From NCBI GenBank assembly GCA_965203325.1, contig OZ241875.1, positions 832,001 through 896,000 on the forward strand: 64,000 nucleotides of DNA, given 5' to 3'. The DNA comes from a bacterium (GTDB lineage: Bacteria > UBA8248). Position 1 is the stretch's first letter. Each line of letters begins with the position of its first letter. The notes under the pieces are model-generated. The model had not been told where the DNA came from and searched no databases. It was given only the letters and a program-made list of their open reading frames with translations. A program made the position numbers and the translations under genes. Positions 28,795 to 38,043 of the stretch are shown piece after piece.

Positions 28795-30990
28795 GTGAAA
28801 CTCCTTTCCCGGGATACAGCTTCCGAGCTTCGCGCGGACATCCTTTCCGACAAGGCCGTTCCGGCGCTTTTCGCCGGATTCACCTCGGGCCTGGGTCTGC
28901 TCGTCGCCCAGATTGCCTTCGGCAGTTTCATTTTTTCGGGCGCATTGGCCCCATATTCCTCCCAGGGCGTGGGGCTGGTGTTGTTCGGAAACTTCGCCGC
29001 CTGTCTGGTCATCGCCCTCGCCAGCGGCTACCGCGGGGCGATTTCGGGGCTTTCTCCCGCACTCGTGCTCGTGATGGCGCTGATCGGCTCCACGATGGAC
29101 GCCGGGGGCGATGCGCTGTTCGTCACCACGGCGGGGGCGCTCATTCTCAGCGCGATGGCCACCGGCGTCTGCTGTCTCGTCATCGGGCATTTCCGGCTCG
29201 CCAACCTGGTGCGCTTCATCCCGTATCCGGTGGCGGGCGGATTCGTGGCCGGAATCGGAGGGGCCGTATGCCTGGCGGCCATGTCGATGATGGGAGCGGA
29301 GCCGGACTGGCGCACGATTCCGGCGCTTCTGGAGCCGGCGGCGTTATGGAAGTGGAGTCCGGGCGCAGCATTCGGGATTTCCCTGTACCTCTCGATGAAG
29401 CGCTGGGGCAACGCCTTGATCCTGCCCGTGAGCGTGGCGATTGCCGTTGGCGCATACCACCTCACCCTGACCGCTCTCGATATTTCCGGTGAGGAGGCGA
29501 GAGCGGCCGGTCTGCTGTTCAAGAGCACCGCAGACGGGAACCTGTGGCCCGTCCTGGGGGTCGCCGATCTGGCTCACCTGGATTGGGCTGCGATGACCTC
29601 GCAGGTTCCCAACATGCTGACGCTTCTGCTGATCGCCCTGATCTGCGTGATCATGAATTTCGCCGGCCTCGAGTTGGCCGCGAATCACGAACTGGACTGG
29701 GACCGGGAGTTCAGGGCGGCAGGAGTCGCAAGCCTGGTCGCCGGCCTGGGCGGCGGCACTGTGGCATGCACTATCGTGCCCGCCTCGCTGCGCAGCAAGC
29801 TGCTCGGGGCCACCACCCGCCTGACAGGCATCGTCGCCGCCCTCGTCATCGGTGGCGCATTGCTCCTTGGCGACGGGATGCTGGAACTGGTTCCGATACC
29901 GCTCATCGGAGGAATTCTGTTTTTTGCGGGCTCCGGTATGCTGGACGAAGGTCTCTTGAGAAGCTTCAAGCGGCTCCCCTGGTCAGAATACGGCATAATC
30001 GTTTTGATCTTTTTCACCATCATCTCTTTCGGACTGTTCGAGGGCGTGGGCGCCGGCATGCTGGCCACACTCTTGTTCTTCGTCGTGCGCCTCAGCCGGG
30101 TGGACCTGATCGAATCCCGCTTCACGGCGCGCGAGCATCGAAGCAACAAGACCCGACCCGTCCCCGATCGGGCCATCCTCCTGGCCGAAGGAGAGGGCGT
30201 TCATGCCTACCGGCTGCGCGGCTACATCTTCTTCGGCAGCGTCTGTCCCCTGGCCGATCACCTCAAGAAATCCCTGGGCGGCGCTTCGCGTCCCGCCTGC
30301 CTGATGCTGGACTTCGCCGCCGTCTCCGGCTTCGACTACTCGGCGGTGAGCGTCCTTTGCAGGTTCCTGCAGACGGCGCAAGCCGCAGGCGTTCCCGTGG
30401 TTCTGAGCGCGCCCGGCGAACAGTTAAAATCCGAATTGGAGCACAACCTTCCGCCTTCAGTATTCGCGGAATTGCTGATTGAGCCGAATGCGGACCGCGC
30501 CGTCGAACGCTGCGAGGAAATCGTCATCGAGGCATGGAAGGCGGACGTGAGCACTTCGGACAAGCGGCGCGCTTTGCTGCTGGCGCACACCGCGGATGAA
30601 CTCGAGCGCTATCTGGAGCGGCAGATTCATTTCGAGGACCTGATAAAGGAACTCCGTGGCTGGCTGGAGTCTCGTCAATACGACGCCGGAGAGGCCCTCG
30701 CGGGACCCGATGCGCCAGGTGAAGACCTGCAACTGTTGCTGTCAGGCCGGGCTTGCGCTTACGACTCCGGGGGTGCGCGTCTCCATGAGTACGGTCCCGG
30801 CGACGCGATCTGGCCGACCGCTCCCCTGGACGAAAAGGAGGCTTCGGTGGTTGCGGACGAACCCTGCCGGACGATAGTGCTGACGCCGGCCGCCCGGCAC
30901 TGGCTGGACGAGCACGAAGAGAGTCTTGCCATCAAGCTGTATCGTTATCTGCTCACCTCGCGGCACCGAACCGGGTCAGAAGCCGGCTAG
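28795..30990 (+). CDS. SulP family anion transporter with STAS and cNMP-binding-like domains
   Basis: VRFIPYPVAGGFVAGIG, RLRGYIFFGS, DFAAVSGFDYSA, C-terminal cNMP-like fold; start 28795 or 28747. Confidence 0.85.
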   Translation: MKLLSRDTASELRADILSDKAVPALFAGFTSGLGLLVAQIAFGSFIFSGALAPYSSQGVGLVLFGNFAACLVIALASGYRGAISGLSPALVLVMALIGSTMDAGGDALFVTTAGALILSAMATGVCCLVIGHFRLANLVRFIPYPVAGGFVAGIGGAVCLAAMSMMGAEPDWRTIPALLEPAALWKWSPGAAFGISLYLSMKRWGNALILPVSVAIAVGAYHLTLTALDISGEEARAAGLLFKSTADGNLWPVLGVADLAHLDWAAMTSQVPNMLTLLLIALICVIMNFAGLELAANHELDWDREFRAAGVASLVAGLGGGTVACTIVPASLRSKLLGATTRLTGIVAALVIGGALLLGDGMLELVPIPLIGGILFFAGSGMLDEGLLRSFKRLPWSEYGIIVLIFFTIISFGLFEGVGAGMLATLLFFVVRLSRVDLIESRFTAREHRSNKTRPVPDRAILLAEGEGVHAYRLRGYIFFGSVCPLADHLKKSLGGASRPACLMLDFAAVSGFDYSAVSVLCRFLQTAQAAGVPVVLSAPGEQLKSELEHNLPPSVFAELLIEPNADRAVERCEEIVIEAWKADVSTSDKRRALLLAHTADELERYLERQIHFEDLIKELRGWLESRQYDAGEALAGPDAPGEDLQLLLSGRACAYDSGGARLHEYGPGDAIWPTAPLDEKEASVVADEPCRTIVLTPAARHWLDEHEESLAIKLYRYLLTSRHRTGSEAG

Positions 30991-31110
30991 TCGAAGAAGT
31001 TCCCTGCAGACGAACAATCAACTCGCTTCCCCGGAAACAACGCAACGACGATGAAGACTATCCTGTTTTCCTGCTGACCTTTTCCCCCTCCTCGGTCGGC
31101 ATTGATTGCC

Positions 31111-31300
31111 GGAATGACGGTCAAAACCCGAAACCGGGCGGAGCCGCAGGCTCTCGCCTTGAAAACCAACCCCCCCTACCCCCCCTTGTCAGGGGGGCAA
31201 AAAAAACAAAAGCCCCTCTACCGGCGGCGGGCGTCGCCTTTTCATACCCCCCTGACAAGGGGGGGTAGGGGGGGTTGCCTTTATCCCCTGACGAGAGGGG
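31111..31300. repeat. Palindromic repeat CCCCCCTACCCCCCCTTGTCAGGGGGG / CCCCCCTGACAAGGGGGGGTAGGGGGGG
   Basis: Long inverted pair; closely similar copy at about 60885-61075 and a half copy near 55172. Confidence 0.85.
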
Positions 31301-31441
31301 CAACACTTCCGCAAGTGTTGTCTCCAGCCGTTCGAGAGGGAAAACCCGGCTGAATGCCGCCGAAAGACAAGCGCACCCGGATGTGAGCGGAGATACCGGA
31401 AATCGGCTCTCCCATGATACGCTGGAGTACCCAACACGTTA

Positions 31442-32728
31442 ATGGAGCAAGAGAAACCGATGCCGCACCCCGATTTCGCACGCTGCGCGCGCCACGTCAC
31501 CGAAGACGCCGTGCGCGAGTTGCTCGCCGACATGGTGAACATCCCCAGTCCCACGGGCGGGGAGTCCGGGATGGCGCGCTATCTCATCAAGCGCATGTCG
31601 GGCGCGGGGCTGAACACGCAACTTCAGGAAGTCGACCCCGGCAGGCCGAACGCGGTCGGCGTGCGCGAGGGCGCGGGCGACGGGATGAACCTCCTGTTCA
31701 CCGGCCACATGGACACCTCCTATGACGGGAATGAGGATTACCTGACCGGCGAGGGCTTCAAGCCCAGGGCCGTTCACCGGGACGGCTGGCTGTGGGGTCT
31801 GGGCGCGAACAACATGAAAAGCGGGCTTGCGGGTGCGCTGGCGGCCGTCGAGGCCATCTGCCGCGAAAATATCCCCCTGCGCGGGGACCTCTCGCTCGCC
31901 GGCGTGGTGGGCGAGATAGAAAAAGCGCCCGTGGATGAATTTTCGGGTCAATCCTACTCGGGCTACGGGACGGGCACGCGGCACCTCATCCTGCACGGCG
32001 TGACGGCGGATTGCGCCATCCTCGCCGAGCCGACCGGGCTCAAGGTCTCGAACGCGAACATGGGTGTCGTGTGGGCGAAGATCACAGCATCCGGCACCAT
32101 CAGCCACAGCGTCTTCTCGAACCGCCCGGGGGTCGTGAACGCCGTGCGCGCAATCCACAGGATTCAAGCCGCTATCGAGCGCTGGATACCCGATTACGAG
32201 GCGAGACACTCCTGCATGGGCGAACACCCCAACGTGACGATAGCCGCCGTCCGGGGCGGCTGGCCCTGGCGGCTTTCCAGAAACCCGGCCGAGGCGAGCC
32301 TTTATCTCGACATCCGCACCGTGCCAGGCCAGAACACCGAGGACATCAAGCGCGAGTTGCGCGGCGTGCTCGATGAAGCGGCGGATGAAGCCGGGCGGAC
32401 CTCGCTCACCTTCTACGTGAACGACCCGCCCACCCTTCTCGATGAGGACGCCCCGCTCGTGCAAGCTGCGCTTGCGGCGCACGAGGAAGTGACGGGCGAG
32501 GCAACTGCTCCCGTCATCAGGCGGCCCGCGGCCGATTCCACGCATTTCAACCGCTACGGCATCCCGTGCGTCTGCTACGGCCCCGGCGGGCGGATGCACC
32601 CAGGCGCCGCCGAAAAGGGACTGATGCACGCCGTGGGCGAGCACGTGCTCGTCGAGGACGCCGTGACGGCGGCGAAAGTCTACCTCGCCGCGGCGCTTGC
32701 GATTTGCGGCGAGAAAGCTGGTTCATAG
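31442..32728 (+). CDS. M20 family metallohydrolase (ArgE/DapE-like)
   Basis: IPSPTGGE, GHMDT, GLGANNMK, AEPT, DIRTVPG. Confidence 0.85.
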   Translation: MEQEKPMPHPDFARCARHVTEDAVRELLADMVNIPSPTGGESGMARYLIKRMSGAGLNTQLQEVDPGRPNAVGVREGAGDGMNLLFTGHMDTSYDGNEDYLTGEGFKPRAVHRDGWLWGLGANNMKSGLAGALAAVEAICRENIPLRGDLSLAGVVGEIEKAPVDEFSGQSYSGYGTGTRHLILHGVTADCAILAEPTGLKVSNANMGVVWAKITASGTISHSVFSNRPGVVNAVRAIHRIQAAIERWIPDYEARHSCMGEHPNVTIAAVRGGWPWRLSRNPAEASLYLDIRTVPGQNTEDIKRELRGVLDEAADEAGRTSLTFYVNDPPTLLDEDAPLVQAALAAHEEVTGEATAPVIRRPAADSTHFNRYGIPCVCYGPGGRMHPGAAEKGLMHAVGEHVLVEDAVTAAKVYLAAALAICGEKAGS

Positions 32729-32874
32729 GGGAGCTGTTGAAAAGCCTTGATATCGTGATTCAGCGTATGGAGCCGACCGGGGAGGGAGGGTTCACGGCAA
32801 GGAGGGATGAGGGGTTCGGAGGGAATCATGCTTCACTCGCCCTCCCTTGGCTTGAAAACCAACCCCCCTTAACA

Positions 32875-33146
32875 GGGCCTGTTGAAAAAGTCCCGTGGAG
32901 CGATTTTGGCTGGGCGTAAGTTTTTGAAGTTCACTCCCCCTTGAGGGGGAGTCGAAGAGCTAAGGGCGTAAGCCCGAAAGCGATTCGGTGGGGGGATGAT
33001 TCGGAATGGCGATAAAATGTATTTTACCCCCCACCGCATCAGCCTTCGCAAAAAACGCTCGGCTTCTTCGTCTGGCTTTCCCCTCGGGAAGCCAGACCCT
33101 CAAGGGGGGAGCGATTCCTCTCTTCTCGGGGTTTATCAACAGCCCC
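32875..33146. mobile_element. MITE-like element with IS1182-type termini
   Basis: Left GGGCCTGTTGAAAAAG, right GGGTTTATCAACAGCCCC (one mismatch to the IS left end); its left part is a close reverse complement of about 19210-19292. Confidence 0.7.
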
Positions 33147-33239
33147 CCGGGGACAAGGACAGTGAGGCATCACATTAAGGCGAAAAGAAACCTCTCATCC
33201 AACTAAACACCGGAAAAATAAACCGATAAGGATACACGC

Positions 33240-34415
33240 ATGGATTTCGAACTGAGTGAAGAGCAAAAAAGCCTGCAGCTTCTCGCGCGGGAATTCGCGA
33301 TGGAGGAGATGCTGCCAGAGGTGGCCGAACTCGAGAAACGCCCCGACGGGGAGGACAAGTTCCCCTACGACCTGGTGAAGCGCGGCGCCGCGCTCGGCTT
33401 CCACTCCCTGGGCGTGCCCGAGGCGCACGGGGGCGACGGGGCCAGCGTCCTCACCCAGTGCATCGTCGTGGAGGAACTCTCCGCCGGCTCGCCCGCCGTC
33501 TCCAAGGTGTACAGCCACAACTGGAAGGGGATCGCGGGCTTGATCGCCGTGGCGACGCCCGAACAACTCGCCCGCGTTATTCCCGCCTATCTCGAAGACC
33601 CGCTCTATTGCATCGGCATCGCCATCACGGAGCCCGATGCCGGCAGCGACAACGCGCTCCCCTTCGACGCGGACCCGGCGGCAGGCCCCGCCCTCAGCGC
33701 GGTGCGCGAGGGGGATCATTACGTCCTGAACGGCACGAAGCAGTTCATCGCCATGGGCGCGCAGGCGAAGTACGTCACCGCCTTCGCCCGGACGGACAGG
33801 AGCGTCCCGTGGACGAAGGGCACGACGGGGTTCATGATCTTCCCGCCGCACGATGGCTTCGAAGTCGGCAGGCTGCACGACAAGGTGGGGCTCAGGTGCT
33901 ATCCCCAGCACGACCTCATCTTCCGCGGCGTGCGGGTGCCGGTGGAAGACCGCCTGGGCGAGGAGGACAGGTTCCAGGAGGGCCGGAGGAGCGTGACCAA
34001 CGTCGGCACCGTGGAGGCGACGGCCACCTCTTTGGGCATCGCCCGGCGCGCGTACGACCTGGCGCTCTCCTATGCGCGCGAGCGTGTGCAGGGCGGTAAG
34101 CCCATCATCGAGCACGACTTGATCGGCGCGCTCCTGCTCGAGATGTTCACCCGCCTGGAAGCCGCGAGAACGCTGCTCTGGCGCGCCGCCTGGAGCATCG
34201 ACAACGGAGTCCACGATCAGAAACTCGCGCGGGCGACGAAGGTGCTCGCCGTCGAGACGCTGAACTATCTCGCGACGAAGGCGGTGGAAATCTGGGGCGG
34301 CATGGGCGTGATGAAGGACGCGCCCGTGGAGAAGGTCTACCGCGACGCGATCCAGCTTTACCACATGGGCAACACGAACCAGGTGAACGTCCTGAAGGCC
34401 CTGCCCCACCTGTGA
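33240..34415 (+). CDS. Acyl-CoA dehydrogenase family protein
   Basis: [48 protein letters not shown]. Confidence 0.9.
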   Translation: MDFELSEEQKSLQLLAREFAMEEMLPEVAELEKRPDGEDKFPYDLVKRGAALGFHSLGVPEAHGGDGASVLTQCIVVEELSAGSPAVSKVYSHNWKGIAGLIAVATPEQLARVIPAYLEDPLYCIGIAITEPDAGSDNALPFDADPAAGPALSAVREGDHYVLNGTKQFIAMGAQAKYVTAFARTDRSVPWTKGTTGFMIFPPHDGFEVGRLHDKVGLRCYPQHDLIFRGVRVPVEDRLGEEDRFQEGRRSVTNVGTVEATATSLGIARRAYDLALSYARERVQGGKPIIEHDLIGALLLEMFTRLEAARTLLWRAAWSIDNGVHDQKLARATKVLAVETLNYLATKAVEIWGGMGVMKDAPVEKVYRDAIQLYHMGNTNQVNVLKALPHL

Positions 34416-34507
34416 AGATTCAGGGCATCGAATTGCCTCTTGTATTTCGCGCGGTTTTTGAGGATTCTATTCGTGTAGCGAACCGGAAAGCGAGAAGGAG
34501 ATTCGAC

Positions 34508-34906
34508 ATGATAGAGAAAACGGATGCGGAGTGGCGCGAGCAGTTGACGCCCGAGCAGTACCACGTCACCAGAAAGGCGGGCACCGAGCGCGCCTTCAGC
34601 GGGAAATACTGGGACTGCCACGATGACGGCATCTACGCGTGCGTTTGCTGCGGGACGGAGCTTTTCGACGCCAAAACCAAGTTCGATTCGGGCACGGGCT
34701 GGCCGAGCTTCTACCAGCCGCTCAGGCCCGAAAACGTGGGCGAGAAGGAGGACAACTCCTTCTGGATGCGCCGCGTGGAGGTGGTGTGCTCGAACTGCGA
34801 CGCGCACCTGGGCCACGTGTTCTCCGACGGCCCGCTGCCCACCGGCCTTCGCTACTGCATGAACTCGGCATCGCTGGACCTGAAGCCGAAAGACACTTCC
34901 GAATAG
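34508..34906 (+). CDS. msrB: Peptide methionine-(R)-sulfoxide reductase
   Basis: GTERAF, CVCC and CSNC Zn ligands, GWPSF, HLGHVF, RYCMNS. Confidence 0.97.
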   Translation: MIEKTDAEWREQLTPEQYHVTRKAGTERAFSGKYWDCHDDGIYACVCCGTELFDAKTKFDSGTGWPSFYQPLRPENVGEKEDNSFWMRRVEVVCSNCDAHLGHVFSDGPLPTGLRYCMNSASLDLKPKDTSE

Positions 34907-35011
34907 TTTTATACCGGCATAAAGGGATGAATTTATACGGAACCTGACGCCATTTGCGCGATAATAGATATAAAAGAGCGCCATTTTTCAGAATCACAGG
35001 AGACAGCACCC

Positions 35012-35455
35012 ATGAGCATTCAACGCTTTCATAACGTATCCCTGACGGTGAAGGACGCGGACGCATCTTCGAAATGGTACGCCGAGAATTTCGGCTTCGA
35101 GGTGGAATCGGATTCGGAGCGAACGCCGGATTTCTCGGCCCAGGTGACGGGCGTTCCGGGCGCGGTTCTCCGCGTGGTGCACATGGGCGGCCACGGGCTT
35201 CACTTGGAACTCATGGAGTACAAGGGCGCTGCCGGAGCGGCGGTGGACACCTCCCCCAACAACGCGGGCTGCCTGCAGATCGGCTTCGTGGTGGACGACG
35301 CCGAAGCCCTTTTTGAGAAACTCAAATCACAGGAAACCGCCATGTGTTCGCCGGAACCCGCCACGGTGCCGAGCGGCCCCATCCAGGGCTCAAAAATCTT
35401 CTTCTGCAAGGACCCCGACGGCGTGGTGCTCAAGTTCCTGTCGATCAAGAAGTAG
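35012..35455 (+). CDS. VOC/glyoxalase family protein
   Basis: HNVSLTVKD, LELMEY, DPDG. Confidence 0.8.
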   Translation: MSIQRFHNVSLTVKDADASSKWYAENFGFEVESDSERTPDFSAQVTGVPGAVLRVVHMGGHGLHLELMEYKGAAGAAVDTSPNNAGCLQIGFVVDDAEALFEKLKSQETAMCSPEPATVPSGPIQGSKIFFCKDPDGVVLKFLSIKK

Positions 35456-35633
35456 GGGTTTCATAAGGGACGTGAACCGGCCCTCCCTGTTTCTCTGGCA
35501 GGGGCGTCGGACGAGGGAAAGTTCGAATGTGTCCGCCCTTGGGATTTTCGGTTCTCTCTCGACCCCGCAGGGACGAAACTTCAAGAGCGGCTCGTGAGCC
35601 GCCCCTGCAACTTCCATCAAACCGAACAAGACC

Positions 35634-36040
35634 GCATTTCCCCGCATTTGCCGTACTCTCTGACATGGCGGATTCAGGTATCGTGCGCGCGGCGAAGAAA
35701 AGCGGCAATCGCCGCCCATGCGCCCTCATCAGGAAGGGGCGGGAATCGTTTCGGGGAGAGAAATCATGTTCGTGGATGCAAGGATGGTGATGGAAATGAA
35801 AATAATGATATTTTCGATAAATATGTGTAAATTCACGGGGTTTTTCGGTAAATTTCTGAAAAATAACGTCCAGATAAATGATTGTAATCAAAGGGGTTAT
35901 CATGTAAATCTTAGTGTCCTGCACTCAGATATGGCGGCAAAAAAAGTTTTTTGGTTCCCGCGCATTTGCCCGCAACTGCCCGCATTTCCTCTCGCGCCGC
36001 ATCACGCCAGCAAACCCTCCCTCCTCGGTCGGGTTTGACC
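35634..36040 (+). repeat. Long dispersed repeat, copy 1 (inverted relative to 47236-47772)
   Basis: Blocks 35634-35706 and 35782-36040 align to the reverse complement of 47699-47772 and 47236-47495. Confidence 0.9.
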
Positions 36041-36075
36041 CGCGCATTTGCCCGCAAGAGCCCGCATTTGCCTGG

Positions 36076-36546
36076 TCATTTCTTCGGCTTCATCCCGTGG
36101 CCCATATGCTTCTTTGCCTTGCCTTTGCCGCCATGGGACATGCCGGATTTGCTTCCGCCGTGGCCTTTCATCCCGCCGAAATGGAGTTTCTTGATCAGGC
36201 GGTCCCGGCCCGGCTTGGTGAAATCCAGCTTGAGCGCCCACTCTCCCGTCATTTCCAGGTGAACCCGCGCCCGGTAGGTTCCGGGGGTTCCGCCCGGTTC
36301 CGCGGGCACCGGACGCACGTTGTGGGTGCCGGGCATGGAGGGCATATCGGCGCCGACCGTGAACTCGGCGCCGGCGACCGGCATGCCGCTCTTCTTGCCC
36401 TTGAGGGAGATCATGCAGTCGTAGACCAGCTTTTTCTCCGCCGGCTTGCATTCCACCTCGGCCACCTTTCGCTCGCCTGCCGCCGGCATCGGCGACAGCA
36501 CCAATCCGCCAACAACGAAAACGATGAACAAACGGGTCTTCAACAT
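36076..36546 (-). CDS. Exported YtkA/FixH-like protein with His/Met-rich tail
   Basis: Signal peptide, ADMPSMPGTH, PGTY, MTGEW, C-terminal GHGG...HMGHGM. Confidence 0.75.
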   Translation of the reverse strand: MLKTRLFIVFVVGGLVLSPMPAAGERKVAEVECKPAEKKLVYDCMISLKGKKSGMPVAGAEFTVGADMPSMPGTHNVRPVPAEPGGTPGTYRARVHLEMTGEWALKLDFTKPGRDRLIKKLHFGGMKGHGGSKSGMSHGGKGKAKKHMGHGMKPKK

Positions 36547-37301
36547 GGCTGCGCTCCCTCCTTGTCCGGGTTGTGAGATTCAGGCGCGGGAATGCCCAGG
36601 TAATTCGACACGAGCCGCTCGTCCGACATCAGTTCCGCCGCAGACCCGTGGAGCGTAATCCGTCCGCTTTCGAGAACGTAAGCCCGGTCGGCGAGCGCCA
36701 TGGTCCGCCTGACGTTCTGTTCGACGAGGAGGATGGTGAGCCCCCCCTCGCGGAGCCGGGAGATCAGCCCGAAAACCTCCTCCGCCAACTTGGGTGACAA
36801 GCCGAGCGAGGGTTCGTCCAGCAGCAGCATCCGGGGACTGGACTCGAGCCCGCGAGCGAGCGCCAGCATCTGCGCTTCGCCGCCGCTCAGGCCGGCGGCC
36901 GGACTGTCCAGTTTGTCCGCGAGGGCGGGGAACATGCGCTGCAGGCTCGGGCGGTCGTGGCGCCGCAACACGAACCGGCCGCTCTGATGGGCGGCGGCCT
37001 GGAGGTTTTCCTCCACGCTCAAGGTCCCGAAGATCATGCGCCCTTCCGGAACCTGCACGATGCCGCGGGCGACGACGGCGTGCGACGGAAGGCCGCCAAT
37101 CGACTCTCCCTCGAAGAGGATATCGCCCTTCTCCGGCGGCACGATGCCCGAGATCGCATTGAGGATCGAAGTCTTGCCGGCGCCGTTCGCGCCGATGATG
37201 GAAACGATCTCTCCGGGCCGGACTTCCAATGACACCTCATCGACCGCGCGAATGCCGCCGTAGGAGACGCCCAGCCGGCGCACTTCAAGCATCGGGCGCA
37301 T
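36540..37301 (-). CDS. livF: HAAT ABC ATPase, LivF-type (second set)
   Basis: GANGAGKT, VPEGRMIF, LSGGEAQM, DEPSLGL. Confidence 0.88.
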   Translation of the reverse strand: MRPMLEVRRLGVSYGGIRAVDEVSLEVRPGEIVSIIGANGAGKTSILNAISGIVPPEKGDILFEGESIGGLPSHAVVARGIVQVPEGRMIFGTLSVEENLQAAAHQSGRFVLRRHDRPSLQRMFPALADKLDSPAAGLSGGEAQMLALARGLESSPRMLLLDEPSLGLSPKLAEEVFGLISRLREGGLTILLVEQNVRRTMALADRAYVLESGRITLHGSAAELMSDERLVSNYLGIPAPESHNPDKEGAQPC

Positions 37302-38043
37302 CGTCCCCGCCCAGATAGGCTTCACGGACGTTCGCATCGGCGAGCACCTCGCCCGGGAGGCCTTCCGCAATCTTGCGGCCGAAATCGAGCACGCAAAGAC
37401 GGGTGCACACGCCCGCGATGAGCGCCATCTTGTGCTCGATCACCACACAGGTGCGGTTCGGGGCGACGACCTCATGGATGAGCCGGGCCATGTCCGCGGT
37501 CTCGGCCGGAGTCATGCCGCCCGCCGGTTCGTCGAGGAACACCAGCGGCGGATCGGTCGTCAGCGCGCGGGCGACCTCCAGGCGCCTGCGCGCCGGCAAG
37601 GGGAGGTTTTTCGCCAGCACTTCACGATCTTTCAGAAGTCCAAACAGCTCCAGCATTTCATCGACTCTTCTGGTATCGCCGCATCTGAGCGCCGGCCGGC
37701 TTCGCAACAGGCCGAGCAGTCCACCGGAAACCCGGCTGTGCTGTGAGGCCCACACGTTCTGGAAGACGGTCATGGTCGGAAACAAGCGGATGTTCTGAAA
37801 AGTGCGCGCGATTCCCAGGCGTGCGATTTGGTGCCCTTTCCATCCGGTGATGTCCGCGTCCTGAAAGGAAATGCGCCCGCCGCTCGGCGGGTACACGCCG
37901 GTCACGGTGTTCAGAAGCGTCGTCTTGCCCGATCCGTTGGGCCCGATGAGGCCCAGAACCTCTCCGGCCGCGACCTCGAGGTCGATCCTGTCGAGCGCTG
38001 CCAAGGCGCCGAAGCGTTTTTCGACCTTCCTAAGCGCGAGCAT
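37285..38043 (-). CDS. livG: HAAT ABC ATPase, LivG-type (second set)
   Basis: GPNGSGKTT, GIARTFQN, DEPAGGM, IEHKM. Confidence 0.88.
   Translation of the reverse strand: MLALRKVEKRFGALAALDRIDLEVAAGEVLGLIGPNGSGKTTLLNTVTGVYPPSGGRISFQDADITGWKGHQIARLGIARTFQNIRLFPTMTVFQNVWASQHSRVSGGLLGLLRSRPALRCGDTRRVDEMLELFGLLKDREVLAKNLPLPARRRLEVARALTTDPPLVFLDEPAGGMTPAETADMARLIHEVVAPNRTCVVIEHKMALIAGVCTRLCVLDFGRKIAEGLPGEVLADANVREAYLGGDDAPDA

Noticed and set aside
28763..28798. 11-codon upstream ORF (MPHPDYERSKE) overlapping the SulP GTG start
   Set aside because: Too short to distinguish from chance; may only reflect translational coupling
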